Origin: Eledone cirrhosa
Taxonomy: Eukaryota
Direction: 5' to 3'
Assembly: GCA_964016885.1 (NCBI GenBank)
Contig: OZ024757.1
Span: 41,602,001 to 41,666,000 of the forward strand
Length of the DNA: 64,000 nucleotides
Shown: piece by piece, positions 1 to 12,798 of the stretch
How the letters are laid out: each line of letters starts with the position of its first letter
How positions within the stretch are numbered: position 1 is the stretch's first letter
Program-made: the position numbers and the translations under genes
The notes under the pieces: generated by a model
Database searches by the model: none
Told to the model about the DNA's origin: nothing
Seen by the model: the letters and a program-made list of their open reading frames with translations, nothing else

Positions 1-1092
1 ATGATGATGACGATGATAACTATAGTAATGAAAATGTTTCATTAAGAAATATTTTCTGTTTCCCATATCTTATTTTAATATTTTATTTCAAATATGATTT
101 GTTTTTTAAATTCAAATTATAGTTTTATTTAATTTTATAATATTTTTAGTGAGGACATATCACTTCAAAATGAGAATAACGACTTCAAAGTGAGTAGATT
201 CGTGTCTTTGACTTTCTTTATATCAGTAATGACAAGGAAGACCAATGTCTTAGTTTGATCTGATAATCAGTTTGTTTACTTTTTATTGTATCAACAATAT
301 AAAAACTAACAGACACAGTTTCTTTGGTCTCATCTATTAATCAGTGCCATTCCTTTCTGATTTAGCATCAATAATGGAAAGAAAGACCAGCGGAAACATA
401 TTTTCCTTGGTTCAATCTAGCAATTGTCTCCTTGCCGTTTGTTTTTTATAAATCAACAATGGAGAGAAAGACCAATAGAAACATATTTATATTGGTCTGA
501 TGTCATGAGGGACTCCTTTAGGATAGAAAGTCGAGTAGAAAGTAAAACCAGTAGAAAGACTAATAAAAACATACTCTTCTTGGTCTGATCTGGTCACCAG
601 ATCAACCCATTCCCTATCTTCATTCCAATACAACTATTAACCTTAGAATATACAGATTCTGCTAATCATTTAAAACCAAAATTTTAATTTTATTTGCTGT
701 ACAATTGCCAAATTTTATCCAAACTAATATGTAATGCAGTTCCCTGTACTCGATTGGCTCTGTATTTCCTCGATTGAATAAAGTATTAAGAGAAATCAAA
801 GATATTCAATACTGTTAGAGGAAATCTTGCCAATGACAGCATTAATCCAGACAAGAGTCACCCAGTATAATCAAACCACACATTCAGAATATTTAACGAT
901 ATAAGAAAGTTAAGATTGTGTACATATTGCATATATAGATCACACACACACATATATACAGGCGCACATGTATAGACACACACATATATATGTGCATTTA
1001 CGTGTATATATATATATATGTTATAGAATGCCGTTAGCTTCTTGCTAAAACAATCTCTATACCTCCCATTTATATATATATATATATATATA

Positions 1093-1560
1093 TACAATAT
1101 TAAATAAATGGAAAACTATATTTATAAAACCATATCTATTTCATTATATATATTTCGGGGATATCATATTAACAATATGTTATGCCTTCATCAGACAAAA
1201 TACAATATAAACAGTTTTATAGATAAATATATTCGACATACCGTAATAAACATCAACTTCATTTGAAGAGGTTTACTCTAGCAGAGTACACTGCTAGAGT
1301 AAACCTCTTCAAATGAAGTTGATGTTTATTACGGTATGTCGAATATATTTATCTATAAAACTGTTTATATTGTATTTTGTCTGATGAAGGCATAACATAT
1401 TGTTAATATGATATCCCCGAAATATATATAATGAAATAGATATGGTTTTATAAATATAGTTTTCCATTTATTTAATATTGTAAATATACTCCAAATATTT
1501 GTCGAGTGCTTTTATATCAGTTATAAATATTTACTAGTTGTAACCCAACAATTTTAAATA
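1093..1560 (+). mobile_element. Foldback Penelope-like/HHR element, family A: 192-bp inverted arms (1093-1284 / 1291-1482) plus unpaired 3' tail
   Basis: Arms read as exact reverse complements around the loop AGTACA; contains an HHR motif; flanked by (TA)n; homologous to 61763-61965. Confidence 0.8.
1371..1440 (+). ncRNA. Minimal type I hammerhead ribozyme (family A)
   Basis: TGTATTTTGT-CTGATGA-AGGC ATAACATATT GTT AATATGATAT CCCC-GAAA-TATATA-TA-ATGAAATAGA; stem I pairs with GU wobbles; palindromic stem III. Confidence 0.72.
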
Positions 1561-1933
1561 TAACTTTACATATATATATATATATATATTGCATACACAG
1601 ACGCACATATATATACATAGATAACCACTCACAAACACATATATATACGTGCATTTGTGTGTGTGTGTGAGTGTATGCATATATATTAATATATATATAT
1701 TATATATATTAATATATATACACATACACACATTGATGCATGTGCATTTGCACACACACACACACACACTGACACATATATTGAATCGATCGACAAGATC
1801 ACTTTTTGTCACATATATATATATATGTATGTATATATATGTGTGTGTATGTGTGTGTGTGTGTGTTTGTGTGGGTGTGTGTGTGTGTATATATATATAT
1901 ATACATGGATATATAGAGAGTGTCCCCAAAAAA

Positions 1934-1985
1934 GGCCTTCCTGATGATTTCTTTTGAATGAAACAGTTCTGGTCCTGTAGAAGCC
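1934..1985 (+). ncRNA. Type I hammerhead ribozyme with complete stem III, GUA cleavage triplet
   Basis: GGCCTTC-CTGATGA-T TTC TTTT GAA T-GAAA-CAG TTCTGGTC CTG-TA-GAAGCC; lies in a ~170-bp island between (TA)n tracts. Confidence 0.7.
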
Positions 1986-2941
1986 ATTTCTATATTAAAC
2001 CTTATATTTACACACTACAAATCTATTGAGTACCTTACTTAGTGTGGTTACCCCCCGACTGAACAGGGGATAAACTTATACATATATGTTATATTCTATT
2101 TGTCAGTGCAGTCTTCTCATAGTTTCTTTTCAATTCTTCTTTGCCCTCCATTACATAAAACATCTCTCTAGTTCTGACATTGATGTTCAGACACTTCATA
2201 TAAATAACACAGTATATATATATATATATACTGTGTATTTGTTTGTGTATATATATGTGTGTGTGCATATGTATGTATATGTGTGTATAAATCTCTGTGT
2301 GTGTATATATATGTATATGTGTGTGTATATAGTGTATGTTTGTGTATATATGTGTGTGTGTATATAGTGTATGTTTATGTATATATGTGTGTGTGTATGT
2401 ATATGGGGATGTTTATTTATGAGTATGTGTATGTATATATGTATGTGTATATATGTATGTATGTATGTATATATATATGTGTATATATATATATGTATGT
2501 ATATATGTATATAACTATATATATATGTGTGTGTGTGTACATATATGTGTATAACAATTCTCTCACTGCTGATCTTCTTTCTCTACCTTAGGTCAGTTTC
2601 CATGTCTTCTCTCTCTCTTTCTCTCCATCACTCCCCCTCTCTTTCTCAACCTCTTCCCCCTCTCTCGGTCTCTCATGCCTCTCTATAACTACTCCCTCTG
2701 TCTCTCAGCCTCCCTCCGTCTCTTTCTCAACTTTCTCTCTCCCTCGGTCTCTCACTCCCTCTCTCTATCACACCCCCTCTCTCAGCTGCCTCCTCTCTCT
2801 CTCTCTCAACCTCTCCCTCTCAGTCTCTCCAATCTCTAAACTATAAGACAGACAGAAACCTGTTCCATCTTCACCGTTCCATAGCATTAACACTTGAAAG
2901 ATATCGATATAAATAAATTTATGAGACAATATGGTTTTAGT

Positions 2942-2989
<48 letters not shown>

Positions 2990-2995
<6 letters not shown>

Positions 2996-3073
2996 TATAT
3001 GAATATATAAATATATATGATATATATGTATATATAATAAACATACAGAAATGTAGATATGAGTGTGTATATA

Positions 3074-3113
<40 letters not shown>

Positions 3114-3420
3114 TATAAGGTTATATGAATATATAAATATGATATATATGTATATATAATAAACATACGGAAATGTAGATATGAGTGTGTATATATATAT
3201 GTATATATATATATATATATATATTCATATAAGGTTATATCAATATATAAATATGATATATATGTATATATAATAAACATACGGAAATGTAGATATGAGT
3301 GTGTATATATATATGTATATATATATATATATATATATTCATATAAGGTTATATCAATATATAAATATGATATATATGTATATATAATAAACATACGGAA
3401 ATGTAGATATGAATGTGTGT
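2990..3420. repeat. ~118-bp tandem repeat, about 3.6 copies
   Basis: Recurring ATAAGGTTATAT...AAACATACGGAAATGTAGATATGAGTGTG unit. Confidence 0.85.
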
Positions 3421-3519
3421 ATATATATATATTTTTCATATATGCATGCATACAATGTTATATGAATATATATCTATATATATATATATATGAAAATGAT
3501 AATAATGATGAGCAATACA

Positions 3520-3569
<50 letters not shown>

Positions 3570-3673
3570 TGTATTGCTCATCATTATTATCATATTCATA
3601 TATATATATATAGATATATATTCATATAAAATTGTATGCATGCATATATGAAAAATATATATATATACACACA
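3414..3673. repeat. Palindrome centred on a (TA)n tract
   Basis: GATAATAATGATGAGCAATACAG vs CTGTATTGCTCATCATTATTATC; TTTTTCATATATGCATGCATACAA vs TTGTATGCATGCATATATGAAAAA. Confidence 0.85.
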
Positions 3674-4578
3674 CACACATATATACACTCGCTTGAGCAA
3701 TAAAGAGTCTTTTGCAGTAACATTTTTTTTTTTACATTTTGTAAGCCTAGAACAGAATAAATTCCCAAAAGTAATTAGAAAAAATAACAACAACAACTTG
3801 TAACAACAACAACAGCAGTAGCAACAACAGCAACAACTACAACAGTAACAAAATAATCATCTGAAGCTATTAATGTCTTTTAAGAGTGTGAAAAACTGAA
3901 GCAGAACAAGATAAATGTCCTTCGTATCTGTCAAAAGAGGTTTTTTTTCAAAGGAAAATATTAGGAATACTTCCTTAACCACCCCTACCCTACCCCATCC
4001 CACCAACCCACCTACCCACCCCTACCCATCTTTTAGTATTGTTAACAAATCATTTGATTTGTACAGTTGGACTGTAATCAAAAATGTTTCCCTTTCTGTG
4101 TTCGTTTGTTTGTATTTTGTGTTTGTTTGTCTGTTTGGTTGGTTGTTGGTTGTGTGTTTTTTTTTATTATATTTTTTATTTTTTGTTTTTTTGTTTTATT
4201 TATTTATCTTCCATTTGTTTTTTTGGGGGGGGGTTGACATTTTTTTCTTTATTTATCTTCCATTTTTCTATTTTTTCCCTTTTTTGTTTACTCTTTTTTT
4301 TGTATTTTTTGTATTTCTTTTGTTTTTTTTGTATTTTTTTGTATTTTTTTGTATTTTTTTGTATATTTTTTGTATTTCTTTCTTTACCATTCCTGCCAGC
4401 CTCTGCCATTTTTAAGCTGGGTTTAGATTTCCTATTTCTGTTATATTCCTATCTCCGTTGTGTCTGTCTTTTGTCTAGTTTCCTTTGATTGTATGGTAAT
4501 AGACTTAGCTATTTTGTTTTGTTAGTCAAATGTATACTTTGTGACATCCGTAGCTGGCCTTTGGCTATCTTGACACTT

Positions 4579-5092
4579 AACATCTTGTAATGATGTAGCA
4601 GAAAATATCTAAAAACAGGTTTGTGTATTCAAATGTTTAAAGTATCTTTACTAGTGGACAGATCGTTGTGAAAATTTACAGTATTAGAATAAAGATATAT
4701 GTCTTAATAACATCTTGTAATTATGTAGCAGAATATATTTTAAAATATGTTTGTGTATTCAAACGTTTATAGTATCTTTACAAGTAGACAGATCATAGTG
4801 AAAATTAGCTGTATGAGAATAAAGACTTCAGAATTTACCTTTTACCATCCTGCAATGATTTAGGAGAAAATATCTTTAAAAAAAGAGTTTGTTAATTCTA
4901 ATTAACAAACTCTTTTTTTAAAATTTGCAGTCAATAAAAATACAGATCTTAATTTTTAATATAATAAGGTCATAGAACTGTTTTCTACTTTCCAACTCTT
5001 AACATCCTGTAATGATGTAGCAGAAAATATCTAAAAACAGGTTTGTGTATTCAAATGTTTAAAATATCTTTACTAGTGGATAGAAAGTTGTA
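4579..5092. repeat. Degenerate ~130-150-bp tandem repeat, 4 copies
   Basis: AACATCYTGTAATGATGTAGCAGAAAATATCT...TTTGTGTATTCAAA recurs near 4579, 4708, 4845 and 5000. Confidence 0.75.
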
Positions 5093-5097
5093 GAAAT

Positions 5098-5162
5098 GTG
5101 ATGGTCATGAATCTTGGGTAATGACCGAAAGAATATGATCGTGAATACAAGTGGCTGAAATT
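5098..5162 (+). pseudogene. Tiny RTE (Expander/Rex3-like) LINE RT remnant
   Basis: Translates as DGHESWVMTERI*S*IQVAEI, matching the RTE YGxExWxMTER..SRIQAAE motif. Confidence 0.55.
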
Positions 5163-5329
5163 TCTGTGGTATACACAACCACTTTAGTTTGACTATTTAT
5201 GAGCTGGATGTTCAATTGATCAAATATCAGACAATATATTAAAAGTTATTCAATATTTCACCAATATTTTCACAGATTGATTTCATTCTGTTTCACACTA
5301 AATACTAAATTGTATCACTATGTACAAGA

Positions 5330-5398
<69 letters not shown>

Positions 5399-5644
5399 CA
5401 TATATTGGGGAGGTCAATGACCTCTTTTGCTCTCGTCCTCTCTTTCTTTGTCTCTTTCTCTCAATATATATATATACTGATATATATTTGCTCTACGGTT
5501 CTTATATATTTGATATATATTTATCTTTATCGAGCCCTCTTTGGATTTTAGTCTTCACATTTATTATTATTACTGATATATATATATTTATATATAATAT
5601 ATACATATGCAGATATATATTTACATACACACACGCACACACAC

Positions 5645-5679
<35 letters not shown>

Positions 5680-5765
5680 TATAATAAAAGAATGAAGAAT
5701 GACATGGTCGGCTGTACAATAGGGCGTATTTAAACGATATCTTGTTATTTTATATGTATATATAT

Positions 5766-6123
5766 GGAGGCATATGGCATATATATATATATATAGTGGT
5801 TAGAGCATTGGCCTTGCAATCGAAAGGTTGTGAGTTCAATTCTCAGACAGGGTGATGTGTTGTTTCCTTGAGCAAGACACTTTATTTCACATTGCTCCAG
5901 TTTACTCAGCTGTAGGAATGAGATGATAGGGACTGGGGTCCCTATAATTCCACTGCAAAGTGGACGTGTAGGTGCCACAGCAAAAAAGCACCCAGCACCC
6001 ACTGTAAATGAGGTTGGTGTTAGGAAGGGCATCCAGCTGTAGAAATCAAGCCAGAATCAGTCCCCGTCCCACCCTTGCAAGCAGGGAAATGTGGACGTAA
6101 AATGAAATGATGATGATGATGAT
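5766..6123 (+). mobile_element. Full-length tRNA-derived SINE with RTE-derived 3' tail
   Basis: A box (TGGC...TAGTGG) and B box (GAGTTCAATTC); central CCTTGAGCAAGACAC and GGAAGGGCATCCAGCTGTAGAA blocks; tail nearly identical to the LINE end at 63212-63277; (TGA)n terminus. Confidence 0.85.
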
Positions 6124-6530
6124 ATATATATATACATCATATAAACATAGATTTTTTTCCCATCTCAACATAATCCTGGGGTAATATGAGATAAAAATTG
6201 TATTAATATAATCTAATTATAGTTCCAGGTAAATAAAAAATAACATAGGTTTTATATGTTTTATATCTTTATTCTTTTATTCCATATTTGTGACATATTT
6301 TCCTTTGTTCTACATTGCTTTCACCACATCGCATTCTGATGTGTGAAATATGAAAAAATATTTTGAATTGTCACTTTTTTTAATTTTTCTTTAAAAGTAC
6401 AAGATTTCAGCTTTTTAATACGAAGTTTTTATTTTTTTGTATTCCTTGCTATTTTTTTGTTGTTGTCTTCAACAATGTCTCTAATATTATTAATATTAGA
6501 GACATTGTTATTCTTATTATTATCAGTAAA

Positions 6531-6925
6531 GGGCGGTGAATTGGAAGTATCGGTAGAGGGTCAGACTTGCTTTCCAGCATAGTTATGTCCCTTTACGATC
6601 TGAGTTCAAATCCCACTGAGGTTAACTTTGCCTTTCATCCTTATGGGGTCGATAAAATAAAATACCAGTAATACACTGGGTAATTGCTGGCCTTGTGCCA
6701 AAAGTAGAAACAATTATTTTCAGTAAAGAATGGCGGTGGATTGGCAGTATCGGTAGAGAGTCGGACACTATGCTTTGACGCATAGAGTTACGCCCCTTGC
6801 CATTCTGAGTTCAAATCGTGTCAAGGTTAACTTTGCCTTTCATCCTTACGGGGTCGATAAAATAAAGTACCAGTTATACACTGGGTAATTGCTGGCCTTG
6901 TGCCAAAAGTAGAAAGAATTATTAT
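6531..6925 (+). mobile_element. Two tandem OK-type (octopus-like) SINEs
   Basis: GGCGGTG..TGGCAG head, CTGAGTTCAAAT B box, TTTGCCTTTCATCC..GGGGTCGATAAAATAAAGTACCAG body, each present twice. Confidence 0.8.
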
Positions 6926-6930
6926 CAGTA

Positions 6931-7124
6931 AAGAAGTGTCAAGAAATACCAGTAGAAGGAAGACGCAGTAGAGGAAGACCACAAAAAACATGGGCGGAGG
7001 TGGTGAGGGCAGACCTCAGATCGCTGAAGCTCACGGAGGAGATGACGAAGGACCGTGATAGGTGGAGAGCTGCTGTGTTGAATAGGACAAGCGGAGAAAA
7101 GCGGATGTAAAATGATGATGATGA
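6931..7124 (+). mobile_element. RTE LINE 3' fragment
   Basis: Closely homologous to 63057-63270 (KCQEIPVEGRRSRGRPQKTWAEVVRADLRSLKLT); (TGA)n tail. Confidence 0.9.
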
Positions 7125-7503
7125 TTAGAAAATGCCCACTTTTTACAGCCAGCTTTCATTAAATTAAATTAAACTAAGAACTAGACAAGAGTGGAAGACC
7201 AAGTGATAGGAAGCTATAGTCTGCTAAATAATTCACTAAATACATTAACTATAGAATCATTGTTTCTCATCAAAAGAAGAAAAAATAAAAAATCTTTCAG
7301 GTGTTACACAACTTACTAAATTCTAAAGAAATAGAATTTCTTTTTTGTTAATTTTTTTTTTTTTGGGGGGGGGGTTAAATCAATACTTAACGAACCAAAT
7401 CACTCTGAGAGAGAAGATAAAAAGTTGTGCATTGAATATATATATATGTGTGTGTGTGTATATATATTGTATATATATGTGTCTGTGCATGTATTTTTAT
7501 GTA

Positions 7504-7544
<41 letters not shown>

Positions 7545-7645
7545 TATATATATATATATATATATATATAGGTATATATATATATATATATAGGTATATA
7601 TATATATATATATAGGTATATATATATGTGTGTGTCTCTGTGTGA

Positions 7646-7695
<50 letters not shown>

Positions 7696-7746
7696 TATAT
7701 ATATATATATACACATATATATACACATATATATATATATATATAT

Positions 7747-7793
<47 letters not shown>

Positions 7794-7804
7794 TATATAT
7801 ATAT

Positions 7805-7846
<42 letters not shown>

Positions 7847-8340
7847 AGAGTATATATATATATTGAGATGTGTCAAAGTAATAGACATCAGAAAAGGAAG
7901 GAGAGACCTCTTGTAAATGTAATAAACAATAACCAAAGGAAAGGTTAGCATGAATCATGACAACAAAGGAAAACTAGACACAAGGAAAACTCTACATACA
8001 AAGTATATATACACATGTATATATACACATGTATATATGTGTGTGTATGTGTGTGTGTATATGTATGTGTGTGTATGTATATGTATATATATATATATAT
8101 ATATACACATATATATATGTATGGGTGTGAGTATGTATGCATATATTTGTGTCTATGTGTATATATGCATATATATATATATATGTGTGTGTGTGTATAT
8201 ATGTATGCATATATATGTGTGTGTGTGTATATGTATGTGCATATATGCATATATATATATATATATGTGTGTATATATATATGTATGTGCATATATGCAT
8301 ATATATATATATGTGTGTATATATGTATGTGTATATATGC

Positions 8341-8372
<32 letters not shown>

Positions 8373-8387
8373 ATGTATGTGCATATA

Positions 8388-8432
<45 letters not shown>

Positions 8433-8609
8433 ATGCATATGTATATAAATGTATGTATATATATATGTATATATATATAATTTCATCATCATTGTTTAAC
8501 ATCTTATTGTCCATACCTTTTGCAAATGGAACTATATTTTGGTCAGTTTTTCCTACAGCTGAATGCCATTCCTAACATCAACTGCATATATATAGAGGCA
8601 CAAAAGAGA

Positions 8610-8806
8610 ACATAGTCATTGAGGAGGTCACAGAATGTGTGACAAAATAATTTGATGAACTAATGAATAACTAATGTAAAAGTGAAAACCATATGGTGCA
8701 TGTGTTTCTTTTTATTGGCAATACTGGTAACATGACTAAATATAACATACCAGTTTCAATATATGATTTCAAAGTAAGAATCTTCCAGAACAAATACATA
8801 AATTTA

Positions 8807-8810
<4 letters not shown>
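8610..8810 (+). mobile_element. Degenerate copy of HHR family E element
   Basis: GAGGTCACAGAATGTGTGAC, TGGTGC.TGTGTTTCTT..ATTGGCAA and the tail match 35416-35588 and 34726-34790. Confidence 0.65.
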
Positions 8811-8847
<37 letters not shown>

Positions 8848-9869
8848 TATCTGTTGAAATTCTAGGAGCTCAGCCATCAGGTTCCTGGCCCCTTCATATA
8901 TATATATACATATATAAATCAGGATAGATTATGTTTGAAACTGGTTAGACCATTACTCAATAGAGTACTCAATATTTACAAAAAACGAGGTAGTTTCGTT
9001 TACATGATAGATAGATATAAATATATATATATATAAATATATATACATGTATCTATATAAATGTTTGTGTAGTATAAATATACATGTATACATATATATA
9101 TGTTTGTGAATATGTATAAATATATATGTATGTATATAAATATGTTTGTGTATATATATAAATATATATGTATGTATATAAATATGTTTGTGTATATATA
9201 TAAATATAGTCCAGAATATATAAATATGTTTGTGTATATATATAATATAGTCCAGAATTAGCCGTCGAAGCGGCTTGAGCTCAGCCGTCGGGGTCTTACT
9301 GGTTCCTATAAATATATATGTATAGATATACTTGTATGTGTATAAATATATAAATATACATGTCTGTATATGCATGTATGTATATAAATGTGTTTTTTCT
9401 CCACCTCTGATCTTGTTTCTATAATTCAGTCTTAGTTAGCATTGCTTCGTTCTTTCTCAACCAATGAATTGAATTGTGGTTTCAAGCTCCTTTTCACATC
9501 CCTGTTGTCAAAGGTCAGGTCAAAAGGTCATGGCTACAGTCCCCCCACCCCCACCCCCACCCCCTGCCTACTCACCTCTAACCCTCACTAAACAAAGAAC
9601 AAACTATATATCTCTCAAAGGCACATGTATGACTTAGTGGTGAGATAATTGGATTCGCAATCATGAGTTTATGAGTTCAATTGCCAGATGAAGCGATATG
9701 TTATTTCCTCGAGGAAGATATACTTTATTTCACGTTGCTCTTTCTGCCAGGAACTGTGACTGGTAGATATCAGCAATGGAAATAACAATGGAAACATTGT
9801 TTCCTTGGTCCAATTTGACAAATTCCTTCTCACTCAGTAAACGAATGAGGTTTAATATTTTGTTGATTG

Positions 9870-9906
<37 letters not shown>

Positions 9907-9908
<2 letters not shown>

Positions 9909-11017
9909 GATAAATCTACCAAGAGTTTACGGTAGTGTCCAATCCGTATGAAGAACTCAATGTATTCCGGATATCATGGAAAGAAGAGATGTAATGAAAA
10001 TCCACTTTCAGTGAAAGATAAACGGTATACAGAGTCAAGATAAAATATTAAACAAATAATGAACAAACAATTCCTTATATTAAACAAAAAAAGTTCACTA
10101 TTTAACGATCGTTTCTAGGGTATATATGTGTTATAATTGGTATGCATATTTAACAGATCTATGTACAAAATTATACAAAATTATACAAATTATCAAGATT
10201 AAATATACATACCTAACTCATATATACGCCGTCTTCAGAAATAATGAAGTATATTTATTGATAATAACAACAATTCAAAATATCAGTTCAAAATTGACCA
10301 ATGAAAACACAAAGGGTTAAAAGCAGTTTGGTGTGTGTATATACATGTAAAAACCTTACACATATTTTACAATAATGTGTGTATAATTTGTATGTGCATA
10401 CTAAAAAGATGGATGCAAACACAAAATTTCAAGGTTAATATCTCTGTAAGCTTAATGCGCTGATAAGATACGCAATGATACTTATGGAGTCAAGCATATA
10501 AATTTATTTTTTTCATACTCACACATATCAGTATAATCACACATACATGTGCGTATATGCATAAATATACACATAACCACGAACATACAAACACACACAC
10601 TCCCCCACTCACATTTATATATGTGGATATAAAATCATAAGCAAATAGAAATTAAGTCACTCACATAAAACACTGGCACACACATTTTTCAAGATCAAGA
10701 TACAGAAATTAGGTGGGAGGGGGGGGGAGGGGTCAGTATTTGATTGTCAGACCAGACTGCCTAATATAAATGTATCTATAAATTAAGAAAAATAAAAAAA
10801 TAAAAACAATAAAATATAATAATTATAATATAATGTACATACACATACAGATATACATAGACATACATACATGTACGCGCACATAGAGATATCTACACAT
10901 ACATACATACACACATACCTATACAGTCATACACACACATACATTTACACGAACATACACATACACATATAAAAAGATATAAATACACACACACACACGC
11001 GCAACACATACACACAT

Positions 11018-11070
<53 letters not shown>

Positions 11071-11078
11071 TAGACTCA

Positions 11079-11118
<40 letters not shown>

Positions 11119-11171
11119 AACATATATATCCACACACTCATACCACCATAAATACACATACAAACACCCAC

Positions 11172-11205
<34 letters not shown>

Positions 11206-11409
11206 ACATACACACACTTACACATATATATACACACACATATATACACATACACATATATATATACACACACATAATAAAAAACAGACATGCACATATA
11301 TATATATATATATATATTTCATTACTCATATATATACACATAGTATATATACATACACAACCTCACTTATACACATATACACATAAGTTATATTACAATA
11401 ATAATAAAG

Positions 11410-11456
<47 letters not shown>

Positions 11457-11677
11457 CATACATACATATATACATACATACATACGTCTGAAGACGGCGT
11501 ATATATGAGTTAGGTATGTATATTTAATCTTGATAATTTGTATAATTTTGTATAATTTTGTACATAGATCTGTTAAATATGCATACCAATTATAACACAT
11601 ATATACCCTAGAAACGATCGTTAAATAGTGAACTTTTTTTGTTTAATATAAGGAATTGTTTGTTCATTATTTGTTTA

Positions 11678-11686
<9 letters not shown>
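9907..11686 (-). mobile_element. Penelope-like HHR element, family F: 200-bp inverted arms (10040-10239 / 11487-11686) and tail 9907-10039
   Basis: Arms are reverse complements (coordinate sums constant at 21726); HHR in arm; flanked by (TA)n. Confidence 0.75.
10094..10248 (-). ncRNA. Type I hammerhead ribozyme with very long stem II
   Basis: TTCATTATTT-CTGAAGA-[~115-nt hairpin]-GAAA-CGATCG-TT-AAATAGTGAA; 10-bp stem I; perfect palindrome ACGATCGT in stem III. Confidence 0.7.
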
Positions 11687-11711
<25 letters not shown>

Positions 11712-11996
11712 ACTTCAAAATATTAATAGACATTCATGTGATCAAATATATTTTATTAAACATATTTCAGAGATACTGAGCTATTTCAACAGTACGTCCC
11801 CATCAGATAAAATAACTTGATGCCTGAAGTATCTTTGAAACATGTATAATAAAATATATTTAATCACATGAATGTCTTTATTTATTAATATTTTGAAGTA
11901 ATATTAATAACTCCAGAAAACCTTCTTGTAGAGTGCTTCTAATCTATTGTGAAACTTTATTCATTGATGAATTCATTGAACCTTGTTAAACTTATA
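11712..11996 (+). mobile_element. Foldback HHR element, family C (diverged; minus-strand HHR at 11750-11813 has core CTGATGG)
   Basis: Inverted ends ACTTCAAAATATTAATA / TATTAATATTTTGAAGT; homologous to 31067-31460. Confidence 0.7.
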
Positions 11997-12742
11997 ATCA
12001 TAATTATATATATATATATATATGTGTCTGTTTACCCTAGCGTCCCCTTTATTTACGTGTCCCAACGACTTTTTTTAGCCGTTGCTCGCACCAACCTGAG
12101 GTATATGGCCTTTAATGCGACGAAATGCCTACGACGGTTGGAAGGCCACTGATGAGGACAAACTTTTTCATATGTAACCCATTTGCAGCGCCGCAGCTCC
12201 ATTATTATCATATTTACACACATATATCAGATAGTATCAGCAATAGAAACACAAGTGGAAACATTGTTTCCTTACTCCAATTCTATAAGTTCCACCCTAC
12301 TCTGTAGGCCAATAAGGTCTGGACCTTGTCCATTGATATAACTTTCTCATTCTATTCTAAGATAAGCAATAAACAAAACTACCTTGTTTTTTTATTATTA
12401 TCTTTTTGCAATTTCTTTTTTTTTGGGGGGGGGGGGGGGGGTATTGTCCGAATATAACGTGTATGCCCATATAAATATAAAATGTTGAACCCTAGTCTGT
12501 TTAAAACACCTTCTCATTCACAGATATGGTTGGGTCTAGGGCAGTTTGTTTTTCTTTCTTTCACTAAAGTCAAATCATTTCTGGCATATGATATAGTGTC
12601 CATTGTTATATTAATAATAATAACAAGAAGAAGAAGAGGAAGAAGACAGGAGATAAATATATAAAAAAATTGCTCTTCTACTCTTTTACCTGTTCCAGTT
12701 GACTAGGTGAGGCCATGTTGGGGCACCGGCAATTGTAATATA

Positions 12743-12798
<56 letters not shown>

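Noticed and set aside
230-620. Recurrent GAAAGACCAAT..GGAAACAT..TTGGTCTGAT motif (also 9765, 12235, 16850)
   Set aside because: Probably an old dispersed or tandem repeat, too degenerate to delimit or classify
5795-5850. tRNA gene
   Set aside because: A/B boxes belong to a SINE head; no complete cloverleaf and it continues into SINE body
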